Source: Podarcis muralis (lineage: Eukaryota). From it: 64,000 nt of DNA. Every line of letters begins with the position of its first letter. Position 1 is the first letter of the stretch. Positions 24,572-37,053 of the stretch are shown piece by piece. The DNA lies in assembly GCF_964188315.1 (NCBI RefSeq), contig NC_135655.1:105276001-105340000 (forward strand), in the 5' to 3' direction. Both the position numbers and the translations under genes were made by a program. The notes under the pieces are model-generated. The model did no database searches. It was not told where the DNA came from and worked only from the letters and a program-made list of their open reading frames with translations.

Positions 24572-25295
24572 GTAAGGGACCAGTGAGATGGAAAATGAAA
24601 GCTTGGTACATAATTTTTAAACTTCTCACTTACCAAAAAAAAAGCATGTTCTGAATGAGAAAAAAACAACATGTCATGCAGCGAAAGCAAAGAGGGTCAG
24701 ATAATATTCATAGTAGCAATAGAATAACATCAAAAAGTAATGAGTGTTATTCAAGCACATATTTAAACCTGTCTGTAAAATATTTTATTGCATACTACTT
24801 TTCAGGATACACACACTTATCTTATGAATGCTGGCAAAAACATTTCACTGCATCACAGGTTATAACCCAAATTCAGCAGCAAGCAATTCTCGCTAAGGGA
24901 CTCTCTGCCTCCTTCCTTTCATCTTCCTTCTGTCATGAAGCATAGCATCATTATACAGCTGAGATGTCTGAGGAGGGGGTAGAACCTGCAAGTCAGGTTT
25001 CGGCAGAGAGAAGCACAAATTATATGCATCCAAGTAAACCACTGACGTCAAATGTGCCCCCCCCCCCAGCTCCATAAGGCTGGATATCCAGGTGTCTGTT
25101 TCTAGAGGTGGTTGTTGTGGTCAGAACCTGACCTTGCTCTTGTAGCCTCCCCCCAAGGTGGGAAATACTGTGATCCTTTATTGATATGTATCATACAGTT
25201 CTGTTCCTCTTTCACCGAAGTGTGAAAGTCAGCCCAGCATGACACCTGAGCAAATCAAATATTGCTTTTAATACTCTGTTGCCGTTTTCCCACAG

Positions 25296-25369
25296 GGTCC
25301 AGCAAGCCTTCGCCAATTTATATCAGTTCCTATTCTTCACCAGCAAGAGACCAAAATAGGCGTCTGCAG
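25296..25369 (+). CDS. PKP4: PKP4 coding exon (GSSKPSPIYISSYSSPARDQNRRLQ)
   Basis: Acceptor ttcccacag ending 25295, donor CAG|GTAAAA at 25370. Confidence 0.96.
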
Positions 25370-26027
25370 GTAAAAGCTGAAATCTTAATTTAAAAAATGA
25401 CCATATTGATCACCAGGAGAGAGTGCATTTTCCTTTAACCTAATGGCTCTTAAACCATTTTCATTGATGGATTCCTGCTGCCTAAAGTAACTTTCTAACT
25501 TCAGGCAATGCTCTCAGAATGCTACAGTGCCTGGATTATGGTTCTCAACACTGCAACTGCAGTGCAGTAGTAAAGCAAGGCTCCATCGTATCCCATTCCA
25601 TACAAATCTTCTTTTGGAATATTATTTTTCTTGTTTTTTATGAAATAAAACTGCAGTGTATTACACAGCCTTCCGCATTTCCCTTTTAATATATCCTTTT
25701 GGATCACCCTTTCTCCACCACAGGCCTGTACAACTTGTAACCTATTAAGCTGCTGAACCCAGCAGCCCACCACCAGATTCAATAAACTTCCTATTTTGCT
25801 GCATGAACAACCTGGGGGAATGTCAGGTACCTGTCAAATGTGGCTAGTGAGCTCTGTTCATCTTGGTGGGTCACCAGTTGTGCAGCCCTGCTGTCTCCCA
25901 CTTGTCTTCAGTGTCTAGTGGCCACGTGGGCTTTGCTGGTTTGTTTGCACAAAATTCTTTGAAATACCCAAACTCAGCAGATTTACGGTAGATTCCAATC
26001 TCATCCTCTTGCACTTGCAGAAGAGCT

Positions 26028-26282
26028 TTTCATCCTACAGAGGCAACTGCTAACAAAAGAGGAAGGGAGGCCATTTTTGCCAGTTTTCCCTCTCCCCTGC
26101 ATCCCCTAGCAGCCCCTGAAAATCAGCTCTAGAGAGTTGGGGATTCACTAGAACAAAGTGAAAAGTGGCAATAGGGAAGGGGAACTTGGCAAATATAGAG
26201 ATAGATACATAGAGATAGAGAGATAGATTAGATATATCTCCCCTCCTCTTCTGTTAGCAGGCACTTCTACTGGATCAAAAGC
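26028..26282. repeat. Old palindromic MITE-like repeat with an internal (AGAT)n tract
   Basis: Degenerate inverted ends ttttcatcc...actgctaacaaaagagg / cctcttctgttagcagg...ggatcaaaa. Confidence 0.5.
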
Positions 26283-26367
26283 ATTTCAAAAAGTGCAAAG
26301 ACCCCAGTTGGATTCTTCCCTGAGATTCCAGACTGCTCACCAATTTATGGCTTTATTGATTTCAGTA

Positions 26368-26582
26368 CAGTGGTACCTCGGGTTAAGAACTTAATTCGTT
26401 CTGCAGGTCCGTTCTTAACCTAAAACTGTTCTTAACCTGAAGTACCACTTTGGCTAATGGGGCCTCCCGCTGCCGCCGTGCAATTTCTGTTCTCATCCTG
26501 AAGCAAAGTTCTTAACTTAAGGTACTATTTCTGGGTTAGCGGAGTCTGTAACCTGAAGCGTCTGTAACCTGAGGTACCACTG
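26368..26582. mobile_element. Tigger/pogo-like MITE
   Basis: TIR cagtggtacctc / gaggtaccactg with TA TSD. A second copy lies at 54997. Confidence 0.9.
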
Positions 26583-27666
26583 TATTAGGATTTTTCAAGA
26601 GATAAGCACAAAGGATTGGGCAACTGATGCAAGAAAACATTGAGAAGTCAAAGTTATATTCCTGAAGCTTTTTGGGGTTTTTTGTTTAAAGAACTATCCA
26701 GAAAAATGAAAAATGTTAAGTGAACATTTGTGTCAAGGATCTATAACAAGTGTTAGACAGGAACTGAACAAAGGACACAGGGTTACACCATAGTGGCATG
26801 CAAAACATCTTCAGACTGTAAATCTATAAGCAACATTTGCAAATTATGTGCTGTGATAAATGCAAATGAATCGTTTCCTCACTCAGGAATAACTAATTAT
26901 GCATTCTTAAAGAAGTGCAAGTGTTTAGGGGTGTAAAATTAGAAAGTCAACAGCACAACAAGAATTACAATTAGGGAAGAATGAAAAAAGGCCAAAAAAA
27001 TAAACAACAGTATAAGTATCTTCTACCAAGAGGAGGCTGATGAAGTGCCACAGCAGCAAGGGCCCCTGATGTAAGAGCTGGGGAAACAACGGAACAGCTT
27101 GATTGGGAGTCCTTTACTTTACACCTGTCTTCACTCCTAAAAGTTTGTTCAGACGTTGACATAATATTTGTAAGAACTGGGAAGACTCAGAGGACAGAAT
27201 AGGAAAAGAGCAAGTCAGATTCTAAAAGATACCTTGGGCATAATCAGAATTGCAGAAAGATCAAATTGTACCAAGAAATGGAAATTCATCCTCTTATACA
27301 TGTGACATAGGCCATACTAGTTGTAATACAATTGGTGATTGTACAACGGAGCCTGCAACAAAATGTTGCAATGTGGTATTTTCCTTTCCTGGAGGCCAGA
27401 AACCTAGATAGCCATGTCCTTTTCCAGACTACTACATTTATTTCCTATCCCCCCTCCCACTCACACACACATCCCCCCCCCCCCATGGAAATATGGGTCT
27501 GAAAGAAATTAATGAAGTTTGAGAATGATTTTACAAAAGGCTTTCTTTCTATGTGCAAAAATGTTGCCCCACACCTCACGTTCATGTGAATCGACAAATT
27601 GCTACTACAACTATACATAGATCAACTGAGGTATTTTTCCTTCCCTTCTTTTTGCTTTTTCAACAG

Positions 27667-27915
27667 CATCAGCAGTTGTACTACAGTCAAGATGATTCCA
27701 ACAGAAAGAACTATGATGCATACAGGTTATATTTGCAGTCTCCACATAGCTATGAGGACCCATATTTTGATGACCGAGTTCACTTCCCATCTGCAACAGA
27801 TTACACAACACAGTATGGACTGAAATCAGCCACAAACTATGTAGACTTTTATTCCACCAGACGACCTTCCTATAGAGCAGAACAATACCCTGGGTCACCC
27901 GACTCTTGGGTGTAG
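27667..27915 (+). CDS. PKP4: PKP4 last coding exon (HQQLYYSQDDSNRKNYDAYRLYLQSPHSYEDPYFDDRVHF...YPGSPDSWV*), with C-terminal PDZ-binding motif
   Basis: Strong pyrimidine tract, acceptor caacag ending 27666, TAG at 27913-27915. Confidence 0.97.
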   Translation, partial: HQQLYYSQDDSNRKNYDAYRLYLQSPHSYEDPYFDDRVHFPSATDYTTQYGLKSATNYVDFYSTRRPSYRAEQYPGSPDSWV

Positions 27916-29040
27916 CATTAGAAAATCACGAACAGAAACATATCTTTCTAACTTTTTTTGAAAAGCGATTGAGTTATGGGTTTGCTGTTTTGAGGGGAAA
28001 ATGTGGAAGTGAATTGCAAAGAAGGAAACAAGGAAGAGGTTGTTTTTTCCCCCCTAAAGGGGATTATCTTTGAAGATGGGAGAAAATTTGGAAGAGGAAA
28101 TTGGAAAGGGAGAACTTTTGCTCTGTTTAGATGTTAGATCTAATTACTTGTAGTTCCTATAGTCTGGTGAAGGTGTGGGCAATGTGACGAAAGGTTTGAG
28201 AATTGAGGGGAAACGGCTTTGGGAAATGTGTAGGTCAGAACAAATTACAGATATGATTTTTTTTTTAAAAAAAAGAAAATGTGAATAAAAGTCTTGTTCT
28301 CATAGTTTGTACAGGAAAAAAAATATGGATGCCCTTCTTGTTTTACTGCTGTTACTAAATGTCAAGATTATATGCTATCATGTCTTGTAAATTTCTTTTC
28401 GGTTGGTGTAAATATGGAAACGCCACATTGGTTGGAAGTGCCATCATTTGTAATGCCGTGCGTCATTTTAAAACTGATTTCAAAAGCTGACATCTTTTAA
28501 AGAGAGAGAGGAGGGGGGAAAGGAAGAGAGATCATACAAGGAAATGTTATAAATAAATATCATTTTGTTTTTAAAAATGAACGGTGTAATTTTGAAGCAC
28601 AAACCTCTGGTCCAGTATATCTGCACTTTTCTTATCCCCTGCCTCATTCACAGAGTACTTCACTGCCATTTTTTATGCCTATGGGGGGGAGGGGAAATAA
28701 ATGTGGACGTCTCATCCATGGAAAGTAGATCCCTGCTCATTCTTCTTTCTTTTCTGTGTTTACTGTTAAGGAACAAATACAACAGAAGTGTATGCTCATT
28801 GTGAGTTGTAGAATCAGGTTAAATATATATCTATACATATATATATATTTCCAAGCATTTCTACCATTTTCTTATTTTTGTGAAGTTCATCTATTTCTTA
28901 TTTGTCAAGCTGGCATACCAAAACATAAAATTATGCACTTTCTCATGTACTCATGAAGCCAGTACCTTTCACGGTTTATATTCCCTTTGGGGGGGAAATG
29001 AAAAGACGCAGAATAAAGTAGATATAAATTCCTTTTACAG
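27916..29040 (+). other. PKP4: PKP4 3' UTR (3' end approximate)
   Basis: Repeat-free AU-rich sequence after the stop. AATAAA at 28284, 28552, 28696 and 29012. Confidence 0.7.
29012..29017 (+). terminator. Candidate main polyadenylation signal (AATAAA)
   Basis: Last of four AATAAA hexamers, followed by T-rich sequence (tttttgtaagt). Usage cannot be shown from DNA alone. Confidence 0.5.
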
Positions 29041-29921
29041 AATATTTTTGTAAGTAATCTGTCCAGCTGGCTCACATCCCTCTTGATTTATTGTGCTTTC
29101 ATAACCGAGCGTTAATTAATTGCATTCATTTTCCTCCTGGCCCATTAATAATTGCTAAATATTTAGACCACAATACTCATTAACTTGGGTGTATTTATAT
29201 TGCTTTGCCTGCATCTGTTTGTTAGTGTTATTCCATAGGTGGAACCCATTGAAGCCTTTAAAAGCGCAGAGGGGGTGCACCAAGAGATAAAACGTATCTT
29301 ATTTTCAGGCTTGCAAGCGGTAATTATCAGCTCTCCACCTATTCTTATTTATTTATTAACAATACTTGTATTCTTCCCCATAATCTCTGAGACATTATTG
29401 TTGTACAGCACACCAATCTTTGAGACAAGTAGAAAACAGCAAATTCAGTTTATATTACACCTTAATTACATTGGAACTCAAAATGGCATACATAGGTGCC
29501 ACTGGCAGTTTCCCACCCAAATACTGACCACACCTAGACCTCCAATAGCATCAGCAGGTTACCTCACCCTGTGTCTTCAGGCCAAGCCTTTTGTATCCGT
29601 TTTTGGCATGACAAAGGCACCTTTCTGCGGAATGCTTTGCTCCAAAGGTTGATTATTTCAGAGGATAACTCCACATATACATCAGTGCTGTTTTTTTCGG
29701 GATACTAGCTTCTTGAATTGCTGCCTTCCGTATGAAGGTCCAAGATAAAACCTCTCACTCTGCCACGTGTGTTGCTTCACCTCCAAAAGATGCACCTCCT
29801 ATATTGCTAGACGGCTGTTTCATTTTTTGACCTGGCCAACAATAACACGATTCTCAGTGTTAATGCCATTTACCAGAGAGCAGCCAGAGGTATTGTATGT
29901 GCTTGCAGGCTGGGGCATTAT

Positions 29922-30262
29922 GGAACATAGGAAACTGCCTTATACTGAATCATACCAGTGGTCCATCTAGGTCAGTATTTTCAGCACTGCCTGGCAAGGT
30001 CCCTCGGGTTCTCAGGCAAGGCTCTCCCCCAGCCCTACCTGAAGATGCCAGAGGTTGAACCTGAGACCTGAAGTGTACAAAGCAGCACTCTCCCTCTGCA
30101 TCTGATACACTGAGCTAGTGTTTCTCAAACTTGGTCCCCAGCTGTTGTTGGACCACAACTCCCATCATCCATAGCTAGCAGGTCAGGGCTGATGGGAGTT
30201 GTAGTCCAACAACAGCTGGGGACCAAAGTTTGAGAAACACTGCATTGAGCTATGGTCCTTCC
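29922..30262 (-). mobile_element. Squam3-like (Ther1/MIR-derived) SINE, interrupted by a hAT MITE
   Basis: Tail ggaacataggaaactgccttata, head ...gagctatggtccttcc. Matches recalled Squam3 consensus and the copies at 57286 and 61391. Confidence 0.75.
30116..30242. mobile_element. Palindromic hAT-type MITE nested in the Squam3-like SINE
   Basis: TIR tagtgtttctcaaact / agtttgagaaacactg, TSD cactgagc / cattgagc. Confidence 0.85.
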
Positions 30263-31771
30263 TGAGTTCAGAATATGAGAATCTCTGAGACACTTCAAAG
30301 TTTGAGAAAAACATGGTAAATTACAAATTCTAGGAGAATGTTTTGGGGGAAATTGAATTCTGGCCAGAGCTGATGGGGGTTACAGTTGAAAAAGTCCGGA
30401 TGATGTCAGGTTGCCAATAAGAAATGAGCTGAAGGGTGCTAGGGCATTTTATTCATTTATAATACAGTAGCATTAAATATCCTTACGCTTCTCGACACAA
30501 ATCTAATGTTTACACTTATTCATGGGGTACTTTTAAGACTAGGGTTTTGCAAGTGTCAAGAACACTGAACCAACATCTCTTAACACCTATAAGCCATGTG
30601 GAGGCTGCCAATTACCATTTTGATCACACTAGGCTAGCATCATCAGCAAAAGTGATGCTGCCAAAATCAATGAGTTGCTTGTAACCCTCATATAGCTTGA
30701 TTGGTGGGGGGAGGGGAAACAGCCTTATAGATTCGGCATGCTGTTCCATCAGGGAGCCTCTCCAGAGATTTCTCCTTTTTTGGTGCAAAAACTGCTTGGC
30801 CTGTTGCCCTCAAGCTGTTCTGTCGTGTTTCAGCATTTGCTTACTTTGTGTGCGTCTGTCTTCTCTTTTTTTCCGCTTGGTCTCATAATTTATGCACTTT
30901 CTAGATTATGGAGCTTTAATTATGCAAATGAAATGTAATGGCGAGTTTCCATTTATTCCTGTTTGGCATGTTTTATCCCCCCCCCCCCTCTTTTCTTTCT
31001 TTTTAATTAATGCAGGATTAATGTCAGGTCAGCAAGTTAAGCTTGCAAGTGTAAGTTGACCTCGCCAGTGGGAACAATTACACTGATGAAAAGGAGTTGC
31101 TTGAGCTTGACAGCCTTTGGAGTGGAGAGACGCTCTTCTGGAAATTAGGATGTTAGGATGGTAAAAGGGAAGCAATTTTGTGCATTCACAGTGAAATTAT
31201 GTGGTGGAAATATGGTGCAGGGGTGTGTGAATTAGCCAACATTTGGAGGCTTCCAAAGGAAGGAGCTTTCACAGCTGCAAGAAGACCTTTCTCTGTAACC
31301 TCATGACGTAGACTTAATAGACAAACTGTTATAGACAAACATTCTCTCTTACACAACTCTCTGTCTGCTGTAAGCCATAGCCACGCTGAATTAAAATATT
31401 TGCCTGCCCTGAATTGCACTGAAAAGATTTGATTGCATAATCCTCTGTTGCTATGGAAGGTCAGAACTACACATCGTTGGAGAAACATGGTTGTTTCCAA
31501 GAAACATAGGCTCCGTGTTTCCTCTCCTTTCCCTTGCTAATACTTCTTTGTAAAATATATACCCCACCCATCATTAAACAATCATAGGACAGGTCACAAT
31601 GATCAAAGATACAAGAACCCAAACATTAAATATTAAAACAAAAAAAAAATACAATTCCATCTGCCACCACGGTATAGACCAAGGGTCACCAACTTGGCAC
31701 CTATGGGTGCCATGGTGCCTGTGAAGGCTTTCATTGGTACCCCACGCAGGGCTCCCAGACTCAAAGCTTGC

Positions 31772-31772
<1 letters not shown>

Positions 31773-31814
<42 letters not shown>
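31773..31814. repeat. (CTTT)n microsatellite
   Basis: Direct reading. Confidence 0.95.
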
Positions 31815-31815
<1 letters not shown>

Positions 31816-31884
31816 GTAAGCATCTCTGGTCCTCCTAGGAGAAAAGTCATGACACAAAATTTGTACCCTTCTAAACCATTTATG

Positions 31885-32126
31885 CTCCTGCCAACCTAGC
31901 AGTTCAAAAGCATGTCAAAGTGCAAGTAGATAAATAGGTACTGCTCCAGTGGGAAGGTAAACGGTGTTTCCGTGCGCTGCTCTGGTTCGCCAGAAGCGCC
32001 TTAGTCATGCTGGCCACATGACCCGGAAGCTGTACGCTGGCTCCCTCGGCCAGTAAAGCGAGATGAGCGCCGCAACCCCAGAGTCGGCCACGACGGGACC
32101 TAATGGTCAGGGGTCCCTTTACCTTT
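31885..32126 (+). mobile_element. Sauria SINE, 5'-truncated
   Basis: TSD taaaccatttatg at 31872-31884 and 32127-32139. Confidence 0.93.
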
Positions 32127-32323
32127 TAAACCATTTATGTGAGATGAAAAAGCCTGTCTGCTCCTGCCTATCGTTTTTAAAACAATGAATGAAGTTGGAG
32201 CTGTGATTGATAAGTTTGGATACTGGCAATAGGAATTTCTGGGGTCCTGAAGAGCTATTGTTTCTCCCTCCCCTTTTCCTGCTTCTGTCTTATTTTTTAG
32301 ACCTTGGATACACCCATTTTCTG

Positions 32324-32325
<2 letters not shown>

Positions 32326-32358
<33 letters not shown>
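32326..32358. repeat. (TG)n microsatellite
   Basis: Direct reading. Confidence 0.95.
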
Positions 32359-32361
<3 letters not shown>

Positions 32362-35107
32362 CAGTGTGTACCTACTTGAGAGGCTTTTAAAAAAAGTGTG
32401 TGTTGGAGCGGGGAGAAATTCAAGCAGGTATCACATTCTCCTGAAGCAACACTATCTAGCAACACTATCTAGATACCCTTCCCAGATCCTCCTTTGGTCT
32501 GGGCGGAAGCTATTCTTGCTTCTCTAAATATGTTGGGTGATACCCAGTGGTGGTTTCCCACTTGTACCAGTCATACTTCCCCTTCTGCTCTTTCCCTCCG
32601 GGAGCCCCACACCCCCCCAAAAAAAAATCTGCTCTGGTGTGTGCTGCAGCGGGGCGGAACAAAAGGGCAAATCCCATTGTGTGAACATTGAGATGACCTT
32701 AGATCTTGCCCATTGCATTTGCCTTGCACTGACTTTATTTGCATGGTTCATCTATATATGCTCAGTAATCGTACGTTTTTGTTTTGATGGGGAGCACCTA
32801 CAGTTCAAAGATCTAGAGGACACTTTTTAGAGCCAGCAGTATAAAAGCTGAAGGATTTTTCCATGTAATGTAATCTCGCTCTCTCAGTTTTAATACATCT
32901 CTGGTTTGTTAGCAGGAGTCTCTAGCAGCCAGCTAAATGTAAACACCTGCCAAGTCATGAATACTTTCAAATAATGTTAAAAGTATCTTCTGTATTTTTA
33001 TCTGAGCAAAACTTATTCAGTTTCATTAAAGTCCCTGGAAGTTTTCCAAGCCTGCCAAGCTCAGTCGGTTTTCTGTACTAGGTTGTTTGGGTCATGTTTT
33101 AAAAAGAAATAGAAGAAAGAAAAGAGGCTGCTGTTTCACGGAAATAAATGAAGGTTGCACTATTGCTAATATAATGGAGAACGCCGAACTAATAAAAAGA
33201 ACAGCATTCTTATATAAAATGTAGGCCTTGATTAGCAAACTACTTTTTCATTATGGCCAGCATTTAAAGGTTTTACAACATCAACAAGTAATCACTTGTT
33301 CTTCAGGAAAACATCACAAACTGAATAGAGAGCATTGGCAAAGGTCTCAAACTTTGCACCACACTGCAGTTATTATGTGAGCTTTCATGCAGTCTTGAGA
33401 ATTGGCCTAGGTCTTTTGACCTGGGTGTTAAAAATGGAAGAGTGGGCATTTTGTGCATTGTAATATTGTACAACACATAGAGGCTGGGTCGGAAGAGTTG
33501 ACAAAGGACCAAAGTTAACATACTGTACATAGGGACAATTGCAACTAGAAGTAATTGTGAGATATTGGAGTCAAGTGGGAAGATCAGAGGCTGCAACTCA
33601 CAGTGAGAATGAGCAGGTGTGTCTATAAGGTGGAGCTATGTTATGTGCTGATTTTATCAGCTTGCTGTTTGCTTGCAGTGAAGGCTGCTTCGCACAAACT
33701 TGCACCTCACATCTACATAGGAACAAACACAGGAAGCTTCGTTGTACTTGCATTCTCCCTAACACACATCACAAATAAATTTGATTATTGTTCTGTTTAG
33801 AAGCATGAAGTCAGATGGCATTAGCAAAACTCACCTTGCCATTACCTGACAAGGGGAGCAATTATGAGAGCCAAAATCTGTCCACATAAAGCTGATAACA
33901 TTCCTATTGTTGGCCTGGAATCAAAGGCCACTTCAGGCAGATAGAACCATATCCCTGTCCACCCCCCAAATTAAAAAAAAGGAAATTTGATCAGTCTATT
34001 TTTTATTAAATAGGATGTGTTATACAGTGCAAGAATATAAAGAAACTCTCGCCAAAATTGTATGGAATAAGCTTTTATTTTAAAAATAAAATCCATCTAG
34101 CCCAGTGTTGTCTACTCTGGCACCAGCTCTCCAGAACTTCCAGCAAGCTATTCTACTTTGGTCTGATCCTAGAGACTGGATCTAGACCTTGTGCATGCAA
34201 GGCTTGTGCCTTGTCTAACCTGCTTGTGGAAACATGTTTCAGCACAAAGAAACCAAAAGCATTGGGGACTGAAAGCATTGGTACATGGGGGGTACACATT
34301 GCATTCAGTAATGCATGCAAAACAAAAACAAAACCCCCCTATGGTACCAGTGGTTTTCTCTGGGGGAACTCAAGGGTACATAATACCAACACACAAACCC
34401 CAAATGTTAAAAGCATGGCGCTTACTGTAGCATCTTGAGGGTGAGTACCAATGCCTTTTTTCTTTTTTTAAAGCACTGATGGTACGCTTAAGACTTTACC
34501 TATTGTGTACAAAATGGTCAGTTTTCTTTAGGATGCTTACAGCAAGACGGTAAGAATTTTCACTCTTCAGCTATTATATTGCTAAGTGTTCTCCAACGTA
34601 TTATAAAGTAGAAATATGTGAATGTAAGAATAAATCAAGTTGATTTCTTTCCCAATAACTACAAAAACCAGATGAGAGTAGATTTATCGAGGGGACGTTC
34701 AGGCTTCTGACAGTGCTTTAATTACAGATTCTATGTCCATTAATCAGGGATTGACTGAAAGACTCTGGAAGTATATACACCGTTAAGAATGTCCTTCTAC
34801 AAAATATCTAAACTTACTACTTAAATCAAGCAAATCCCTTGTGGGCAGATAAGAATGAAACAAGTTCAGGATAAAGATTTCCCTGCCAAAGCTACTAAAC
34901 GTATTTTCATTTATCTCTTATGTTCAGAGGGGTCAACTTCAAGGGCTTTGTTGTTCTGTATTTTAAGCTGAAAGAACCACCATGGATTTGTAGTAGAAAG
35001 TTTAAGCCGAAGGGATGGGATGTATACACACACACATAAATATACAGTTTAAGTTCTATTGTGAGTTAGGACTATGCTAAAGAAAAAGCTATTTATATGC
35101 GTTGTAT

Positions 35108-35140
35108 CTGCGATATAACACTGTGCCACCAGATGGCGAT
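35108..35140 (+). promoter_or_regulatory. Candidate CTCF site (forward) with upstream-motif-like sequence
   Basis: tgCCACCAGATGGCGat closely matches the CTCF core. ctgcgat lies 18 nt upstream, roughly where the CTGCAGT-type U motif usually sits. Confidence 0.55.
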
Positions 35141-37053
35141 GTGGAGTCTCATTTCCTTAGGCGCCATGTGGGGGATGCTCTCATTTCCGCATTATGTAAT
35201 CAGTTCCTAGGTCAAGAGGAAGTCCCGGAAGAGGGAACTTCCTGTAGGGGTGAGAGGGAAGAGGAAGCCAGATTGTGGCAAAACCACAATCCCTGCTTAC
35301 AAGGCCAATGAGGCAGAAGTGGGAGATGCCATAGTAAGTCTGCTTAAGATTCTTGTGCACCCATTTTCAAAATATAGCTGCTTACATAAAGAACTGCTTG
35401 GCTAGGGGGGGTTGTGTTTTTCACGGCACGGGTTGGGTTCCACACATACACACACAGTGGGACCCCACACGTTATTTTATGCTGTGAACCGCCCTGGGAT
35501 CCACTGATAAAAGGCATGCAAATTTAATCAATAATGGCAACAGTGCTCTCAAAAATATTTTCTGGTCTCCCAACCCTCTGGGAGCAAATTTTGCAGGTGT
35601 GCTCTCTCAAAGACTTCTAGCTTTTGCTCCTGTGCTTTTAACAGCAGCACGACACCCAGAAATTTAACAAAGAAATTTAGATTGGTGGTAGCTTTTCTTG
35701 CTTAATTTCATTCTGCTTTTGGTGCTATTGTGCTCTGAAGGAGAGGCCTTCAAGAGAAGGAGGGGCACTTCTCAAGAGCTGGTGCTCCAGTACTAGAGGT
35801 TCCCCCCCAGAGAATTTTCCGGGGCGTCTCCCCATATTGTCTTTCTGATACCAAGCAAAATACCTTTTTTATTTTCCCTGCTGACTATTTTATGGTGCAT
35901 CTGTAATGGTGCCGCTTTTAGCTTCCCTCTCTCCCCTTCACCAATATTTACATTTGATTTCTTTTATTCTTTTAGTCAGTTGTTCCGAGAATATAATTAA
36001 AAAGCAATGCAAGCATATTTATAGTAAGTCAATGTAAATTAATGAATAGTACATAAATGCCAGACTGCTGTGAAAAGGCCCAGAAGCAGGGCCAGATTTT
36101 TTTTTAATAACAAAAAACATGGCCGCCTCACTTGTTGCTGACAGTCTTGTTTTCCTCCCTTTGCCCTTTGACAAGATTGGTTCTGCTGTTCTTTTGACTG
36201 TTTCCAGAGATAGTTGAAGTTGGTCGAGGGAGCAGTTGCACTGTTGCTGGTGGCTGAGCCATTTACATTAGCTAATTGCACACAATCAAATGATGAAACC
36301 TCAGCAGAATAAAACGAGCTTTCATTTTAAAGTAGCAGCAGCTTTGGTTAAGCTGTCGGGAGCGGAGGAAGGTGGGGGGAGTCTCTCTAATTGTGCCTTT
36401 GCTCTATTTAGTGATGGTTGCTAATTGGGAGACCGAGTGACCAGGTAGAGCTTTGTAACAACAATTTTGCTGTTTCTCCTTAGGCAAAATATGGATATTA
36501 TACTGTTTTTATTTAGCCTCACTTGGCATCTGGAAAAGCAGTACAAGCAGGAGTAAAGTTCTTTATATGCTTTCTTAGGAGAAAGTGCCACTGAAACAGA
36601 TGGGGCTACTTCTGAGTATGGATTGGGGGGGGGGATTCAATTTGCAGTTATAGGAGAGCCTATCTAATTCACACTTTCTGAAAAAAGATATGAACTGAAA
36701 TACACAGACATGCTTTGAAATCCACACGCCTCCCAGTTTTGCAATATGCCTTGTCAGCTAAGTAAAAAATGCTATCAGTGAAAGTAGCAAATTATATTAG
36801 GGAAAATTGCTTTGTAAAATGTGCTTATTAGAGGAAATTTCATACCAAAATGTGTTTATTAGGGTAAATTTGCACTGAAATATTTATTATTATTATTGCA
36901 AACTGATGTGAAAATGTGGATAACTGAACTTAAGAGTGGGAAAATGAGAAACTCTGAGAAACCAGAACTGACGGATCAACTCACCGCTACTTCTGAGCAA
37001 ATGTTCATGTGATTGAGCTGTCAGTCCCTCTCACAACTCCAATGAAGGCAAGT

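Noticed and set aside
27621-27630. AG/GT-flanked 10-nt micro-exon candidate before the last exon
   Set aside because: It would frameshift, and the downstream intron would be only 36 nt.
33661-33700. AVKAA motif after an acceptor-like cag, considered as a DAPL1/DAP exon 2 (AVKAGGMR)
   Set aside because: No GGMR or any further similarity. A similar chance match occurs on the minus strand near 38690.
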